A stretch of DNA of 41,738 nt, taken from the NCBI RefSeq assembly GCF_001194135.2, contig NC_068987.1, positions 39,513,471-39,555,208 of the forward strand. Reading direction: 5' to 3'. Under the pieces are notes generated by a model. It saw only the letters and a program-made list of their open reading frames with translations, was not told the origin of the DNA and ran no database searches. Source of the DNA: Octopus bimaculoides (lineage: Eukaryota). Shown piece by piece: positions 11,548-22,811 of this stretch; position 1 is the stretch's first letter; every line of letters begins with the position of its first letter. Made by a program: the position numbers and the translations under genes.

Positions 11548-11892
11548 AATATATATATAAAAATAATATAAATGAATAAAATGGGAAGCAAACAGCTGGA
11601 GATATAAAGATTAAACCAAGAAACAGTACTGAACAACAGTTAACTTTAACTAAGGTTAAAAGATTATGGACCTTAAATTGAATCACATTTTCTAATCATA
11701 CCTCAAACTAGTTTCTAGCTCAATGAACTGTAATAAAACCAAAACCATATGTACACCTACATAAAAGCACATGCACAGAAGCATGAACATACTAAAAAAA
11801 TACACAACCACAACAACTGTATAATCTTATATCCATGTATATACATATAGACCACAAGGAGACACTCACACATACACAAACATATGTATGTA

Positions 11893-11925
<33 letters not shown>

Positions 11926-12239
11926 GTATGTGTGTGTGTGCTAATTTACATCAGTAAATTCAAAGTATGAAGAAACAACAATAGAAATTTTTGGGAAACT
12001 ACTCCAATTAAAGGACGAATTCGCATTCACCCTTAAAAAAAAACAAATATATCAACGCATGCATGCATACATGCATAAGTCTAGATGAGTTAGAAATTAG
12101 ACAACCATCTAAAGGATAATAAATATCCAATATACTAATGGAGGTATACCTATTTATATCCAAATGCTTACTGTTGCAAGGCAATAGTACGATTGAATAA
12201 CAGGTATAAGTAGAGGTAAACAAAAGTCTATCCAGAATT

Positions 12240-13272
12240 TATAAGGCAAGGAAGAAAATGGAGAAGAGATTCAATTGACAAAGATCTATTCTTTTACAAT
12301 CATAGGAATAAATAAATAAATACACCTCTTACAACTGTTTCTACTTTGGGAGTCTAGTATGCCAAAGTTGACACATCATACAAAAATTGAATATCAAAGC
12401 ATCATCAGAGAGTCCCTAATGGTAAGAAGTAAAAAAATGAAGTCCAAGGTTATATCCAGAAGTTGTGAGATCATGTCTTATTTCAATTTGATGGAGGAAA
12501 TAATAAAGATAAACGTTATAGGGTGGGGTTAATGGGATGATCCTTATAACAGGGGTCATTAGCTAGAAACTAAAAATTATGCAATAGAATAGTAATAAAA
12601 TTTAGTTAGGGTAATCATTTGGAGAATCATTACGTAAAGAAATAATTTCGGTATATTAAGTGTGATATTATTTACTAACAAATGAATGTCATCATAATAC
12701 TCCTATGATAAGTGAGGTAAGACCAATGTCAATCCTTACAACGTAATTGGTCAGCTAATATTAAAAAAAGTAGCGTTTTATTGGGTACGTTACAAAACAA
12801 ATTTATGAAAGATTCAGGGACAATTTAAGAAGAAATTGTCTAAGGGGCCTTAAATACTAAGGAGGATAATAAAAATAAACATATACGAAAGGAATCTGTT
12901 ATGTTATGAATACTTCTAACATAATTTTCTAATTGAAAAAATAATTTTGTAACTGAAAAAAATTTTTCATTTTTGTGAAATATAGCTCAAGGGAGGTAAC
13001 TGTGCAAAACATAAATATTGAAATATACGAAAAGCTTTTGGTTTTACCAACAACTGGTATACTAAAACACTTTAATGTTAACATGAATAAGCTTTTTACG
13101 AAAAACATGAATATTTGGTAATCATGCAAGGGAAATAGATATTTTAGACTTTCATTAAAAAAAACTGTAGGGTTAATTATATGCATACACTTATATCACT
13201 AAATGTATATTGGTAAATACGTACAAATACGAACTAATATATGTGCTTGCACAAATGTTCTGAAAGTTTTAT
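12240..13272 (+). repeat. ~1 kb repeat copy A (inverted partner of 18100-19161), probably Penelope-like
   Basis: Block-by-block reverse-complement match to 18100-19161. A weak GIY-YIG-like peptide FIGYVTKQIYERFRDNL lies at ~12778. The first ~165 bp upstream (12100-12265) also recur directly at ~15640-15805. Confidence 0.85.
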
Positions 13273-13275
13273 ATA

Positions 13276-14165
13276 TCATCATCATAATCGTTTAACGTCC
13301 GCTTTCCATGTTAGCATGGGTTAGACGATTTGACTGAGGACTGATGATCCAGATGGCTACACCAGGCTCCAATCTGATTTGGCAGAGCTTCTACAGCTGG
13401 ATGCCCTTCCTAACGCCAACCACTCCGAGAGTGTAGTGGGTGCTTTTACGTGCCACCGGCACGAAGGCCAGTCAGGCGGTACTGGCAACGGCCACGCTCA
13501 AAATGGTGTATTTTACGTGCCACCTGCACAGGAGTCAGTCCAGCGGCACTGGCAACGAACTCACTCGNNNNNNNNNNNNNNNNNNNNNNNNNNNNNNNNN
13601 NNNNNNNNNNNNNNNNNNNNNNNNNNNNNNNNNNNNNNNNNNNNNNNNNNNNNNNNNNNNNNNNNNNNNNNNNNNNNNNNNNNNNNNNNNNNNNNNNNNN
13701 NNNNNNNNNNNNNNNNNNNNNNNNNNNNNNNNNNNNNNNNNNNNNNNNNNNNNNNNNNNNNNNNNNNNNNNNNNNNNNNNNNNNNNNNNNNNNNNNNNNN
13801 NNNNNNNNNNNNNNNNNNNNNNNNNNNNNNNNNNNNNNNNNNNNNNNNNNNNNNNNNNNNNNNNNNNNNNNNNNNNNNNNNNNNNNNNNNNNNNNNNNNN
13901 NNNNNNNNNNNNNNNNNNNNNNNNNNNNNNNNNNNNNNNNNNNNNNNNNNNNNNNNNNNNNNNNNNNNNNNNNNNNNNNNCCTCATCCCAGGTCTTCCTG
14001 GGCCTGCCACTTCCACAGGTTCCCTCAACTGCTAGGGTGTGGCACTTTTTCACACAGCTATCCTCATCCATTCTCGCCACGTGACCATACCAGCGCAATT
14101 GTCTCTCTTGCACACCACAACTGATGCTTCTTAGATTCAACTTTTCTCTCAAGGTACTTACACTC
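13276..14165 (-). mobile_element. RTE LINE 3' portion spanning an assembly gap
   Basis: Minus strand: VSTLREKLNLRSISCGVQERQLRWYGHVARMDEDSCVKKCHTLAVEGTCGSGRPRKTWDE, then 3' UTR and (GAT)n tail at 13276. Confidence 0.9.
13568..13980. other. Assembly gap (N)
   Basis: 413 N. Confidence 1.
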
Positions 14166-14379
14166 AACTGGAACCCTCGTCGTCATAACCGACAGAGTGT
14201 CACGACGACAGTTAATGTGCATAGTGGAGGTTAGCATATGGTGAAATATACTTGTTATTTACATTTGACGGATATTTGTCCTCATCTTGTTTGTTGTTAA
14301 CACAACGTTTCAGCTGATAAATCCTTATAACCTGTATTTTTGAGTGCTACATTACATTTTTCTTTATGTTTATTAAAGT

Positions 14380-14830
14380 GGGCTTCATTGGAGGATAGAT
14401 GGCAGATTCTTTTACTGATATTTCTTAAAAGGGTTCTTTTTATTGATTGGGGATGGTTACTAAAATTATTGATATATCTTTAATTAGAGTTCTGTTTCAT
14501 ATATGATTCATGTAGTCCAGTATTTAGATTACAATTTGCATCTAGATAATAGAGTAATTTTCATTTTCTATAGTAACAGAGAGACCAAATCTACTGAAAA
14601 ATCTATGCAGGTGCTTCTTTAATAATTCTAGGCACCTAATTATAAAAAGTGTGTCATCCCCATACAGACCTCTTCCTAATTCAGGGAATTCTCTATTCAT
14701 GCTATCTAAAAGGCAAATTCCCACTAACTCTGTCACCTCAGCCGAATGTGGTGAGCCCCTATAATTATTATAGCAAATTACCACACATAATATTTTCTTC
14801 CTTTTCTTATCCATTTTCGTAGTCTTAGAA
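14380..14830 (-). mobile_element. Penelope-like reverse transcriptase remnant
   Basis: GSPHSAEVTELVGICLL...GLYGDDTLFII...HRFFSRFGLSVTIE matches the PLE RT pattern GSxDGAEVCELVG...GLYRDDGL...FKxxGLxITIE as I recall it. Degenerate. Confidence 0.7.
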
Positions 14831-15339
14831 CTATCTATTCTATTTCCCCTATATGTGTAATTTAACTTTATCTATTTTAAATACCATGTGTGTTTATTAT
14901 ACCAGTCCTCCCTACGGTATTACTCCAAATATTTGTAAGCATTTATTTGTGAGCATATATTCATATACTTATTAATATTTATTTATAACTCATTTGGCCA
15001 ACTACCCCACACATTCCTTCCTTCTCTATCTTAACCTGAATATTCATTTTCTATAATTACAATTAACTTTATAACTTTATAATACCACATGTTTATTATT
15101 TCCCTTTCATCTCTATCCATATTTGAACACACTGTTTCTCTATAATTGCAATGAACCCTAACTTTATTTTTAATGCCAAATTTATTTATTCTACAAGTCC
15201 TCCTTACCATATTGCTTCCCAAATAACTGAATCCTTATTTGTAAGTGTTTATTCATGTATTCATATGCATAATGATATTTATATTTATACATATGGGTGT
15301 GTACTTGTGCATGCAGACTTACAGGTGTGTATGTTTGTG

Positions 15340-15340
15340 G

Positions 15341-15418
<78 letters not shown>

Positions 15419-15462
15419 ATGTNNNNNNNNNNGTGTATATCTATGTTCATGTGTACTTGTGC

Positions 15463-15503
<41 letters not shown>

Positions 15504-15620
15504 CATATACGTATACGTATATGTGTGTATATGTATGTATATATGTGATTGTGTTATGGGTGTGTGGATGTGAGTGTATGTGTGTGTATATGTATGAATA
15601 TGTTTATTTATATATATATA
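15340..15620. repeat. Compound (TA)n/(TG)n/(TATG)n microsatellite
   Basis: Directly visible; contains a 10-nt N gap. Confidence 0.95.
15423..15432. other. Assembly gap (N)
   Basis: 10 N. Confidence 1.
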
Positions 15621-15849
15621 TGTCTGTAGAGGTTAATAAACCATCTAAAGGATATTATATATCCATTATACTACTAGATGTGAACCTACGTATTTTTAAC
15701 CAAGTGCTTATTATTGCATGGCAATATTGCAATTAAATACTCGGTGTGGGTGGGGGTAAATTGGAAATTTACCCATGATTTATAAGGCAAATAAGAAAAT
15801 GGAGAGGATATAAAATCAACAAACATTCCATTATATCTATTTATTAAAT

Positions 15850-16692
15850 GATAACAAGCATGTGTTTAAGTGGTACACGTAAATGAATGATATCAGCCAA
15901 TAAATACATACACATATATATGAAGATGAATGAATAATAATAGATGAGTGTACAGAAACAAATCACTTATGCCCATTTCTACCATGAAGCCTCAGAATCT
16001 TCCAAGTCATCTTCATCATGTCAATGATATACATGTATGAAGAAACATTGGACAGAGATTGGGTTGAGCATCAAGGCTTCTTCAGAGATTACAAATATGA
16101 GGAAACTAACATGTGGGAAATTCAGTTAGAATGATAGAGTTGGGTCAATAAGATAAGATAGAGTAAAATAGGTAGAAAATAAAAAATAATGTAATAGACA
16201 TGGTAAGGAAAAGTAAGAACTTCATTTCAAGGTGTTATTATAATCCATGGTATTCCATCCTGTGGTAAGTAAAGTCACTCTAAGGAGATACATCCGTAGG
16301 CTGCAGTTTACATCATGTTTCCATTATACTGAGGGAAAGAGTGAAGGTAGTATGCTATGTGGTGGGTTGAATGATATGGTCCGTGCTACAGGGTTCAGCG
16401 GTTAGAGGCTAAACACTATTTAATAGATATAGCAATATTAAAGGAGTTGGTCAAAATAACTTAAATTGAACCTGTTGGGGAGAAATTAATACATAACTAC
16501 ATTAATGAAAGAAAAGAATATTTGTTCATCCTTGTATATCACTGAAAGGATGAGGATGACTTGGAAGGCTGTAAGTGATTTGTATTTGTACACTCACCTA
16601 TTATTATTCATTCATCTCCATATTATATATGCTTACATATTTATTGGCTGATCTCAGTCATTTATTTGCACCACTAAAACACGTTTGTTATT
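15850..16692. repeat. Element bounded by ~160-180 bp imperfect inverted repeats (15850-16033 / 16533-16692)
   Basis: atcagccaataaata..gatgaatgaataataatagatgagtgtaca..cttccaagtcatcttcatc matches the reverse complement of gatgaggatgacttggaag..tgtacactcacctattattattcattcatc..tatttattggctgat. Confidence 0.8.
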
Positions 16693-16696
16693 TTCT

Positions 16697-17017
16697 TATT
16701 TGCCATCTCCTTCATTGGACACTAAACTCGGCTTGCGAAGACCTGTAGGGGCAAGTGAAAACGAAATCGTGATGGCACCTGTGCTCAGTGTCGCCTCCCT
16801 GGCACTTGTGCCGGTGGCATGTGTAAAAGACATTTGAGCAAGATCGTTGCTAGTGCTGCTGGACTGGCTCCTGTGCAGGTGGCACGTAAAATAAACCATT
16901 TTGAGCATGGCCATTGGCAGTACCGCCCAACTGGCCTTCGTGCCGGTGGAACGTAAAAGCACCCACAACGTGCAACCCATGCTAGCATGGAAAGCAGACG
17001 TTAAATGATGATGATGA
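16697..17017 (+). mobile_element. RTE 3' UTR copy (sense, internally deleted) ending in (GAT)n
   Basis: Reverse complement of the 17350-17700 sequence. Ends aacccatgctagcatggaaagcagacgttaaatgatgatgatga. Confidence 0.85.
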
Positions 17018-18005
17018 TCATCATCATCGTCGTTTAACGTCCGCTTTCCATGCTAGCATGGGTTGGACGATTTGACTGAGGACTAGTGAAACCAGATGGC
17101 TACACCAGGCTCCAATCTGATTTGGCAGAGTTTCTACAGCTGGATGCCCTTCCTAACGCCAACNNNNNNNNNNNNNNNNNNNNNNNNNNNNNNNNNNNNN
17201 NNNNNNNNNNNNNNNNNNNNNNNNNNNNNNNNNNNNNNNNNNNNNNNNNNNNNNNNNNNNNNNNNNNNNNNNNNNNNNNNNNNNNNNNNNNNNNNNNNNN
17301 NNNNNNNNNNNNNNNNNNNNNNNNNNNNNNNNNNNNNNNNNNNNNNNNNNGGGTGCTTTTACGGGCCACCGGCACGAAAGCCAGTCAGGAGGTACTGGCA
17401 ACGGCCACGCTCAAAATGGTGTATTTTACGTGCCACCCACACAAGAGCCAGTCCAGGGGCACTGGCAACGATCTCGCTCAAAAGTCCTTACACATGCTGT
17501 GGGCACAAGTGCCAGAAAGGCGATGCTGAGCACAGGTGACATCACGATTTCGCTTTCGCTTTACCCAACAAGACTTCGCAAGCTGAGTTTCGTGTCCAAT
17601 GAAGGAATCGACATTGGCATGGGTGCCAGTCATCGAATTTAACTCGATTTCGTTTACACTTGCCTCAACAGGTCTTCGCAAGTGGAGTTTAGTGTCCAAT
17701 GAAGGAAGGTACGCATAAGTGGACTGGCTGAGGCCTTAGATTTAGGTCTCACTTGGATTGCCGGGTCTTTTCACGCACAGCATATTTCCAGTTGGCAGAT
17801 TTTCTACAGCTGGATGCACCACCTAACGCCAACCACTCAGAGAGTGCAGTGGGTGCTTTTACGTGCCAACGGCACGGAGGCCAGTCAGGCGGTACTGGCA
17901 ACGGCCATGCTCAAAATGCCAGGGGCACTGGCAATGATATCCCTCGAAAGTCCTTACACATGCCGCGGGCACAAGTGCCAGAAAGGCGACGCTGGGCACA
18001 GGTGC
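17018..18005 (-). mobile_element. RTE 3' UTR copies (antisense): one at 17018-~17745 across a gap, a second partial copy at ~17780-18005
   Basis: Same 3' UTR motifs as 13276-13567 (ggtgcttttacgtgcc, ggtactggcaacggccacgctcaaaatgg). Confidence 0.85.
17164..17350. other. Assembly gap (N)
   Basis: 187 N. Confidence 1.
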
Positions 18006-18099
18006 TATGTATGTGCGTGTATATATGTATGTATTTATATATGAATAAAATACATGTGTGTGTGGATATATATGTATACACATATATATATATATATGG

Positions 18100-19161
18100 A
18101 TAAAACTTTCAGAACGTTTGTGCAAGCACATATATTTGTTCGTATTTATACGTATTTACCTATATACATTTAGTGATAGAAGTGTATACATATAATAAAC
18201 CATAGTTCTTTTTTAATGAAAGTTTATAACACCTATTTTCCTTACATGATTACCAAATATACATGTTTTTCGTAAATTTTAATATTTCTCGTATATTGTA
18301 ATATTTTACAAAGTATTCATATATTTTGTTACCAGGTATTTATTTTAAAAGCTTATTCATGTTAACATTAAAATGTAGTATACCAGTTGTTGGTAAATCC
18401 AAAAGCTTTTTGTATATTTTAATATTTGTTTTGCAGAGTTACCTCCCTATTAAGTTACAAAATTATTTTTTCACTTAGGAAATTATCTTAGAAGTAAACA
18501 TAACAGATTCCTTTCTGTATATATATTTTTTTATTATCCCCCTTAGTATTTAAGGCTCCTTAGACAATTTCTTAAAATTTTCCTTGAATCTTAAATTTTT
18601 GTATTTTCCTGATTAATTTTAATGGACCCAATAAAATGCTACTTTTTTTAAATATTAGCTGACCAATTACGTTGTAGGACTGACATTGGGCTTACCTCAC
18701 TTATCAAAGGAGTATTATGATGACATTCTTTTGTTAGTAAATAACATCACAATTTATACCAAAATTATTTCTTTATTGATACAATTACGTAATGATTCCC
18801 CAACTCTGTTTTCTTTAAATTTTATTGCATAGTTTTTAGTTTCTAACATACGATCCCTGTTATAAAGATCATCCCATTAACCCCATCCGATAACGTTAAT
18901 TTTTATTATCTCCTCCAAATTGAAATAAGATGTGATTTCACAACTTTTGGATATAACCTTGGACTTTACTTTTTTACTTCTTACCATTATGGACTCTCTG
19001 ATGAAGCTTTGGTATTCAATTTTTGTATGATGCGTCGACTTTGGCATACTGGATCCCCAAAGTAGAGTTGTATTTATTTATTTATTCCTATGATTATAAT
19101 AAATAGATCTTGCTGATGTTTGTCAATTGAATCTCTTCTCAATTTTCTTCCTTGCCTTATT
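18100..19161 (-). repeat. ~1 kb repeat copy B (inverted partner of 12240-13272)
   Basis: For example aaaactttcagaacgtttgtgcaagcaca (18102) vs tgtgcttgcacaaatgttctgaaagtttt (13242), and cttccttgccttat (19147) vs ataaggcaaggaag (12241). Confidence 0.85.
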
Positions 19162-19229
19162 AACTTATATAATATACAAGCACAGATACCCGGCCTTGCT
19201 CAGGATTAAAATGGCATAGATTTTTATTG

Positions 19230-19500
19230 TGTTACTTGTCTCAGTCATGTGACTGCAGCCATGCTGAAGCACCGCCATTGATCGAAGAAATCAACCACAG
19301 GATTTATTCTTTGTAAGACTAGTATTCATTCTGTCAGTGTCTTTTACCAAACCGCTAAGCTACGGGAATGTAAACACAGCATCATCAGTTGTCAAGCAAT
19401 GGTGGGGGTACAAACACAAGACACACATACACGACAGTCTTCTTTCAGTTTCCGAGCACGAAATCCACTCACAAGGTTTTGGTCGGCCTGAGGCTATAAT
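19230..19500 (-). mobile_element. SINE body and tail (head truncated)
   Basis: Minus strand: ttatagcctcaggccgaccaaaaccttgtgagtggattt..ggaaactgaaagaag..ggcggtgcttcagcatggctgcagtcacatgactgagacaagtaa. Recognised from memory as a common mollusc SINE domain plus a LINE-derived tail. Confidence 0.6.
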
Positions 19501-19529
19501 AAGCACATATATATATATATATATATATA

Positions 19530-20394
19530 GTAACTGACATACCCAGTAATTCCCGGGAAAGCGGGCTTATCCCTTGGTTCCATTCTCATAATTGTTTCGT
19601 TAATCTAGTCACAATACAAAGTATGTAGCTCTTAAAACAGCTTTTGTGTATTTATTGACAATACCGAACTGTCTTACAAAGGATCTTGTTTTTAGGAAAT
19701 CCTAATAAGTTATGAATAACCAAATTGTGAAGTCAGTTATGTAATAACATGAAATTAATTACCCTACAGTAAGAATTCGAATAAAGTAGTCCCGAAACAG
19801 GCTTTAATACGTTCTCAGAGTACATAGATTTTAGGAAGAAATACTAGTAAGGTATGTATACTAAAATCGTGAAACATTTTAACAGGCTAATCAGATATGA
19901 GATAATAACAATTCAAAGTAATTAACTGTGAAAAAAAACTTTTGTGTGTTCCCAGAGAATATTACCCTCAGCAGCGCTAGTGTTGGTATATTCGTGAATA
20001 AGTCAGTAATATCGTTTAGGAGAATATTATTTACCTGTTTAAGCGTTGTATTGGTTAAATTGAGAAAATAACTAAAATGGTTCAAATACTAAGAAATAAG
20101 CATACTGAAAATGAATGGGTTATTTCCTTTGGTGACTATTTCCAGGAGGGAATGGGTTATTTCCCTTGGAAGCTTCAAAATAATTACTCCCACCATTCAT
20201 TCATACCCAAATGTTATTCCTCCCACCATTTACCCAAACATTTTTTTGAAATCAATTTATACTTAAAACCTCCCCAGACACATAAGCAATGTGCATGTGA
20301 AGTTTAAGAAAAATCGGTTGAGCCATTTTGGCACAAAACGAGGACATACCGATACACACACACACACAGACACTTTCAGTTTTAATATGTAAGA
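19530..20394 (-). mobile_element. Non-autonomous Helitron
   Basis: Minus-strand 5' end A|TCTTACATATTAAAACTGAAAGTGTCTGTGTGTG...AAAATGGCTCAACCGATTT (typical Helitron 5' end). 3' hairpin CCCGG-GAATTA-CTGGG ~12 nt before a degenerate CTAG (TTAC)|T. Sits at an AT junction in (TA)n. Confidence 0.7.
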
Positions 20395-20960
20395 TATATA
20401 CATAATAATATATAAATGTACATGCATGTATGGATACACAATTATAAATACATAGTAAATCCTATACAGATGCACTTCCATACATGTACATTCAATGGAC
20501 CCCTACACATATGCAGATATACATGTATACACATGCATATATATATATATANNNNNNNNNNNNNNNNNNNNNNNNNNNNNNNNNNNNNNNNNNNNNNNNN
20601 NNNNNNNNNNNNNNNNNNNNNNNNNNNNNNNNNNNNNNNNNNNNNNNNNNNNNNNNNNNNNNNNNNNNNNNNNNNNNNNNNNNNNNNNNNNNNNNNNNNN
20701 NNNNNNNNNNNNNNNNNNNNNNNNNNNNNNNNNNNNNNNNNNNNNNNNNNNNNNNNNNNNNNNNNNNNNNNNNNNNNNNNNNNNNNNNNNNNNNNNNNNN
20801 NNNNNNNNNNNNNNNNNNNNNNNNNNNNNNNNNNNNNNNNNNNNNNNNNNNNNNNNNNNNNNNTATATATATATATAATAATAATACAAAGAATATATAT
20901 ACATGTATACACACATATATGTACATACTTACATCTACATGTGTATATACATGCATATCA
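20395..20960. repeat. (TA)n/(TACA)n low-complexity region around a gap
   Basis: Directly visible. Confidence 0.9.
20552..20863. other. Assembly gap (N)
   Basis: 312 N. Confidence 1.
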
Positions 20961-21069
20961 GGGTACAGGACGTTAGAACAATAAACTACAGACAACGGAA
21001 CGAACACATAGGAAAACGGAAAGCCACTTGGAATATCCCTTCATCAGCTGTCTCTATTCTATCTAGACG

Positions 21070-21104
<35 letters not shown>

Positions 21105-21535
21105 AGTTAGACATAAGAGGAATTGGTTACTGTGTGCAAGAGAAAAGACTGTGCTGGTTTGGTCATGTGATGCAGATGGATGCCAAGAACTCCATAAAGA
21201 AGTGTCAATCTCTCAAAGCGTATGGTACACATGGAAGTGGGACACCCAGACAGACATGAGATGAAGTACTGAAGAATAACCTCAGGAGCTGAACCTTTCA
21301 GGCAAGATGACAAAGGACTGGGACACTTGGCACCTTGCCATACTCAAGAAGACCTTATATCCTGCAGCAGAAGTGTTAAGACTGATCCTTTCGGTTGTAT
21401 CACGCCATTAAGAAGGGCATCCAACCACAGAAACCATGCCAAAACAGACTGGAGTCTGGTGCAGCTCCCCAGCTCTGATCACACCATCCAGCTCCTGCCA
21501 GCATTGGCAACAGACATTAAATGATGATGATGATT
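21105..21535 (+). mobile_element. Decayed RTE LINE 3' portion
   Basis: CVQEKRLCWFGHVMQM..IKKC..CGSGTPRQT-like sequence, then 3' UTR (aagggcatccaaccacagaaacc) and (GAT)n at 21522. Confidence 0.8.
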
Positions 21536-22063
21536 CAGTTATGTACAGACTTTACATATAAATGAACAAATACAATCAGAACAAAATATACAGAATCATA
21601 CATGCTTATTTAAATATACATACATACACTTATACATGCATACATATAGTCATGCACACAATTATTAGCACCCCTTGTCAAAGACAGGTTTTTATTGACA
21701 TTTTCACTAAAATTAGATATCTAAAAAAATGCTCTTATGTCACAGTAGTATGAACAACTAAAGCCTAAATTTTGCCAAAGAGGACATCTGATGATGTTTA
21801 ATATGGTAATTTCAGCCAATAAAAATTTCAAGTATGATTCAAAACTATTGGCACCTACATAATTTGAATATTGCATTGCAAAAACAACTGATTGGGTTAC
21901 AATATAAGAATACATGCCATATAAGAGGTTACATCATTCTGACGAAGTTCTAAAATCCAGAAATTTCTAGAATAGGAGGCAAGGCTACATGACATCACTT
22001 GAAAAATGTTTTTGTAACCTTCTTTTGGTCAACAAACTATTTTATCTGCAACATCATGGAAAA

Positions 22064-22345
22064 GGTGCAGGAGAACAGTTATGACTTAAGAAGAAGACAG
22101 CTGATGCTCACACTGCTGGAGATGGATATCAGACAGTATCTAAGAATTACAATATGGCTATTCAACTGTTCACAGCATAATCATGAATCATTGAGATACC
22201 GGTTTGTTGGAGAATAAAGTAGATGCAGGAGGAGTAAACTCTTTTCAGAGCGAGATTAGCAAACCGTTAATTAAAATGGTCAACAATGATCCAAAGATAA
22301 CAATGACAGTGATGAAGGCAAATTTGACAGCTACTAGCATTTCAA
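22064..22345 (+). mobile_element. Tc1-family transposase N-terminal remnant
   Basis: MEKVQENSYDLRRR/ADAHTAGDGYQTVSKNY resembles the Tc1 paired-like DNA-binding start (MGKxKELSxDLRxRIVDAHKAGEGYKxISK). Frameshifted and truncated. Confidence 0.65.
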
Positions 22346-22811
22346 CCGCTATGCTTTTAGAACTCATCTCTATAGCTAATTAAGGTAATAAAAGGTATCA
22401 ACTACTACTAAGGAACCTTCCAAGCAGTTGAAAGTAATCTATTTCACATGGATGCTTAGTGCTGCTGATCAAGTACTGTAAAAACCTGTGTAATTTACAT
22501 ACTTTTTTGCAAAAACAAAAATAAACTCTAGTGGGGGTGTAAATTACATGAGTAGATCATTTCCAGAATTTTTTTAGAAATTTTTTTGTTGAAAAATGAT
22601 ATACAAATGTAAACATTTGTACCGGAAGTTGACTCATTTAATATCAGAATAGGTTTTTATAGAAAAAATATAATGAAGTTGACTTTTATTTATGCTGGGC
22701 GGTATAATGCTTACTTTTTCTGTACAAATTTACTAAAACCATTAAATGGTTAACTACTTCTTGAAGTTTGACATTCACGCTGTAATCACTCTCCGGGCCA
22801 TATTTTACATT

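Noticed and set aside
13379-14167. 150-220 aa ORFs spanning N runs (also 17086-17539)
   Set aside because: They stay open only because N codons are not stops; the sequence is RTE UTR or ORF end.
15151-15736. ORFs rich in YIYI/CVCV, also at 20416-21007 and 25806-26212
   Set aside because: Translations of (TA)n/(TG)n microsatellites and N gaps.
18998-19060. CTGATGA as a hammerhead core in the 1 kb repeat (also 12402-12408 and ~21042-21048 on minus)
   Set aside because: No GAAA at a workable distance and no closing stem in these copies. May be decayed PLE ribozymes, but unsupported here.
19891-20085. LLNDITDLFTNIP resembles the Penelope RT motif SFDVxSLFTNIP
   Set aside because: Single short match in AT-rich DNA with no flanking RT motifs.
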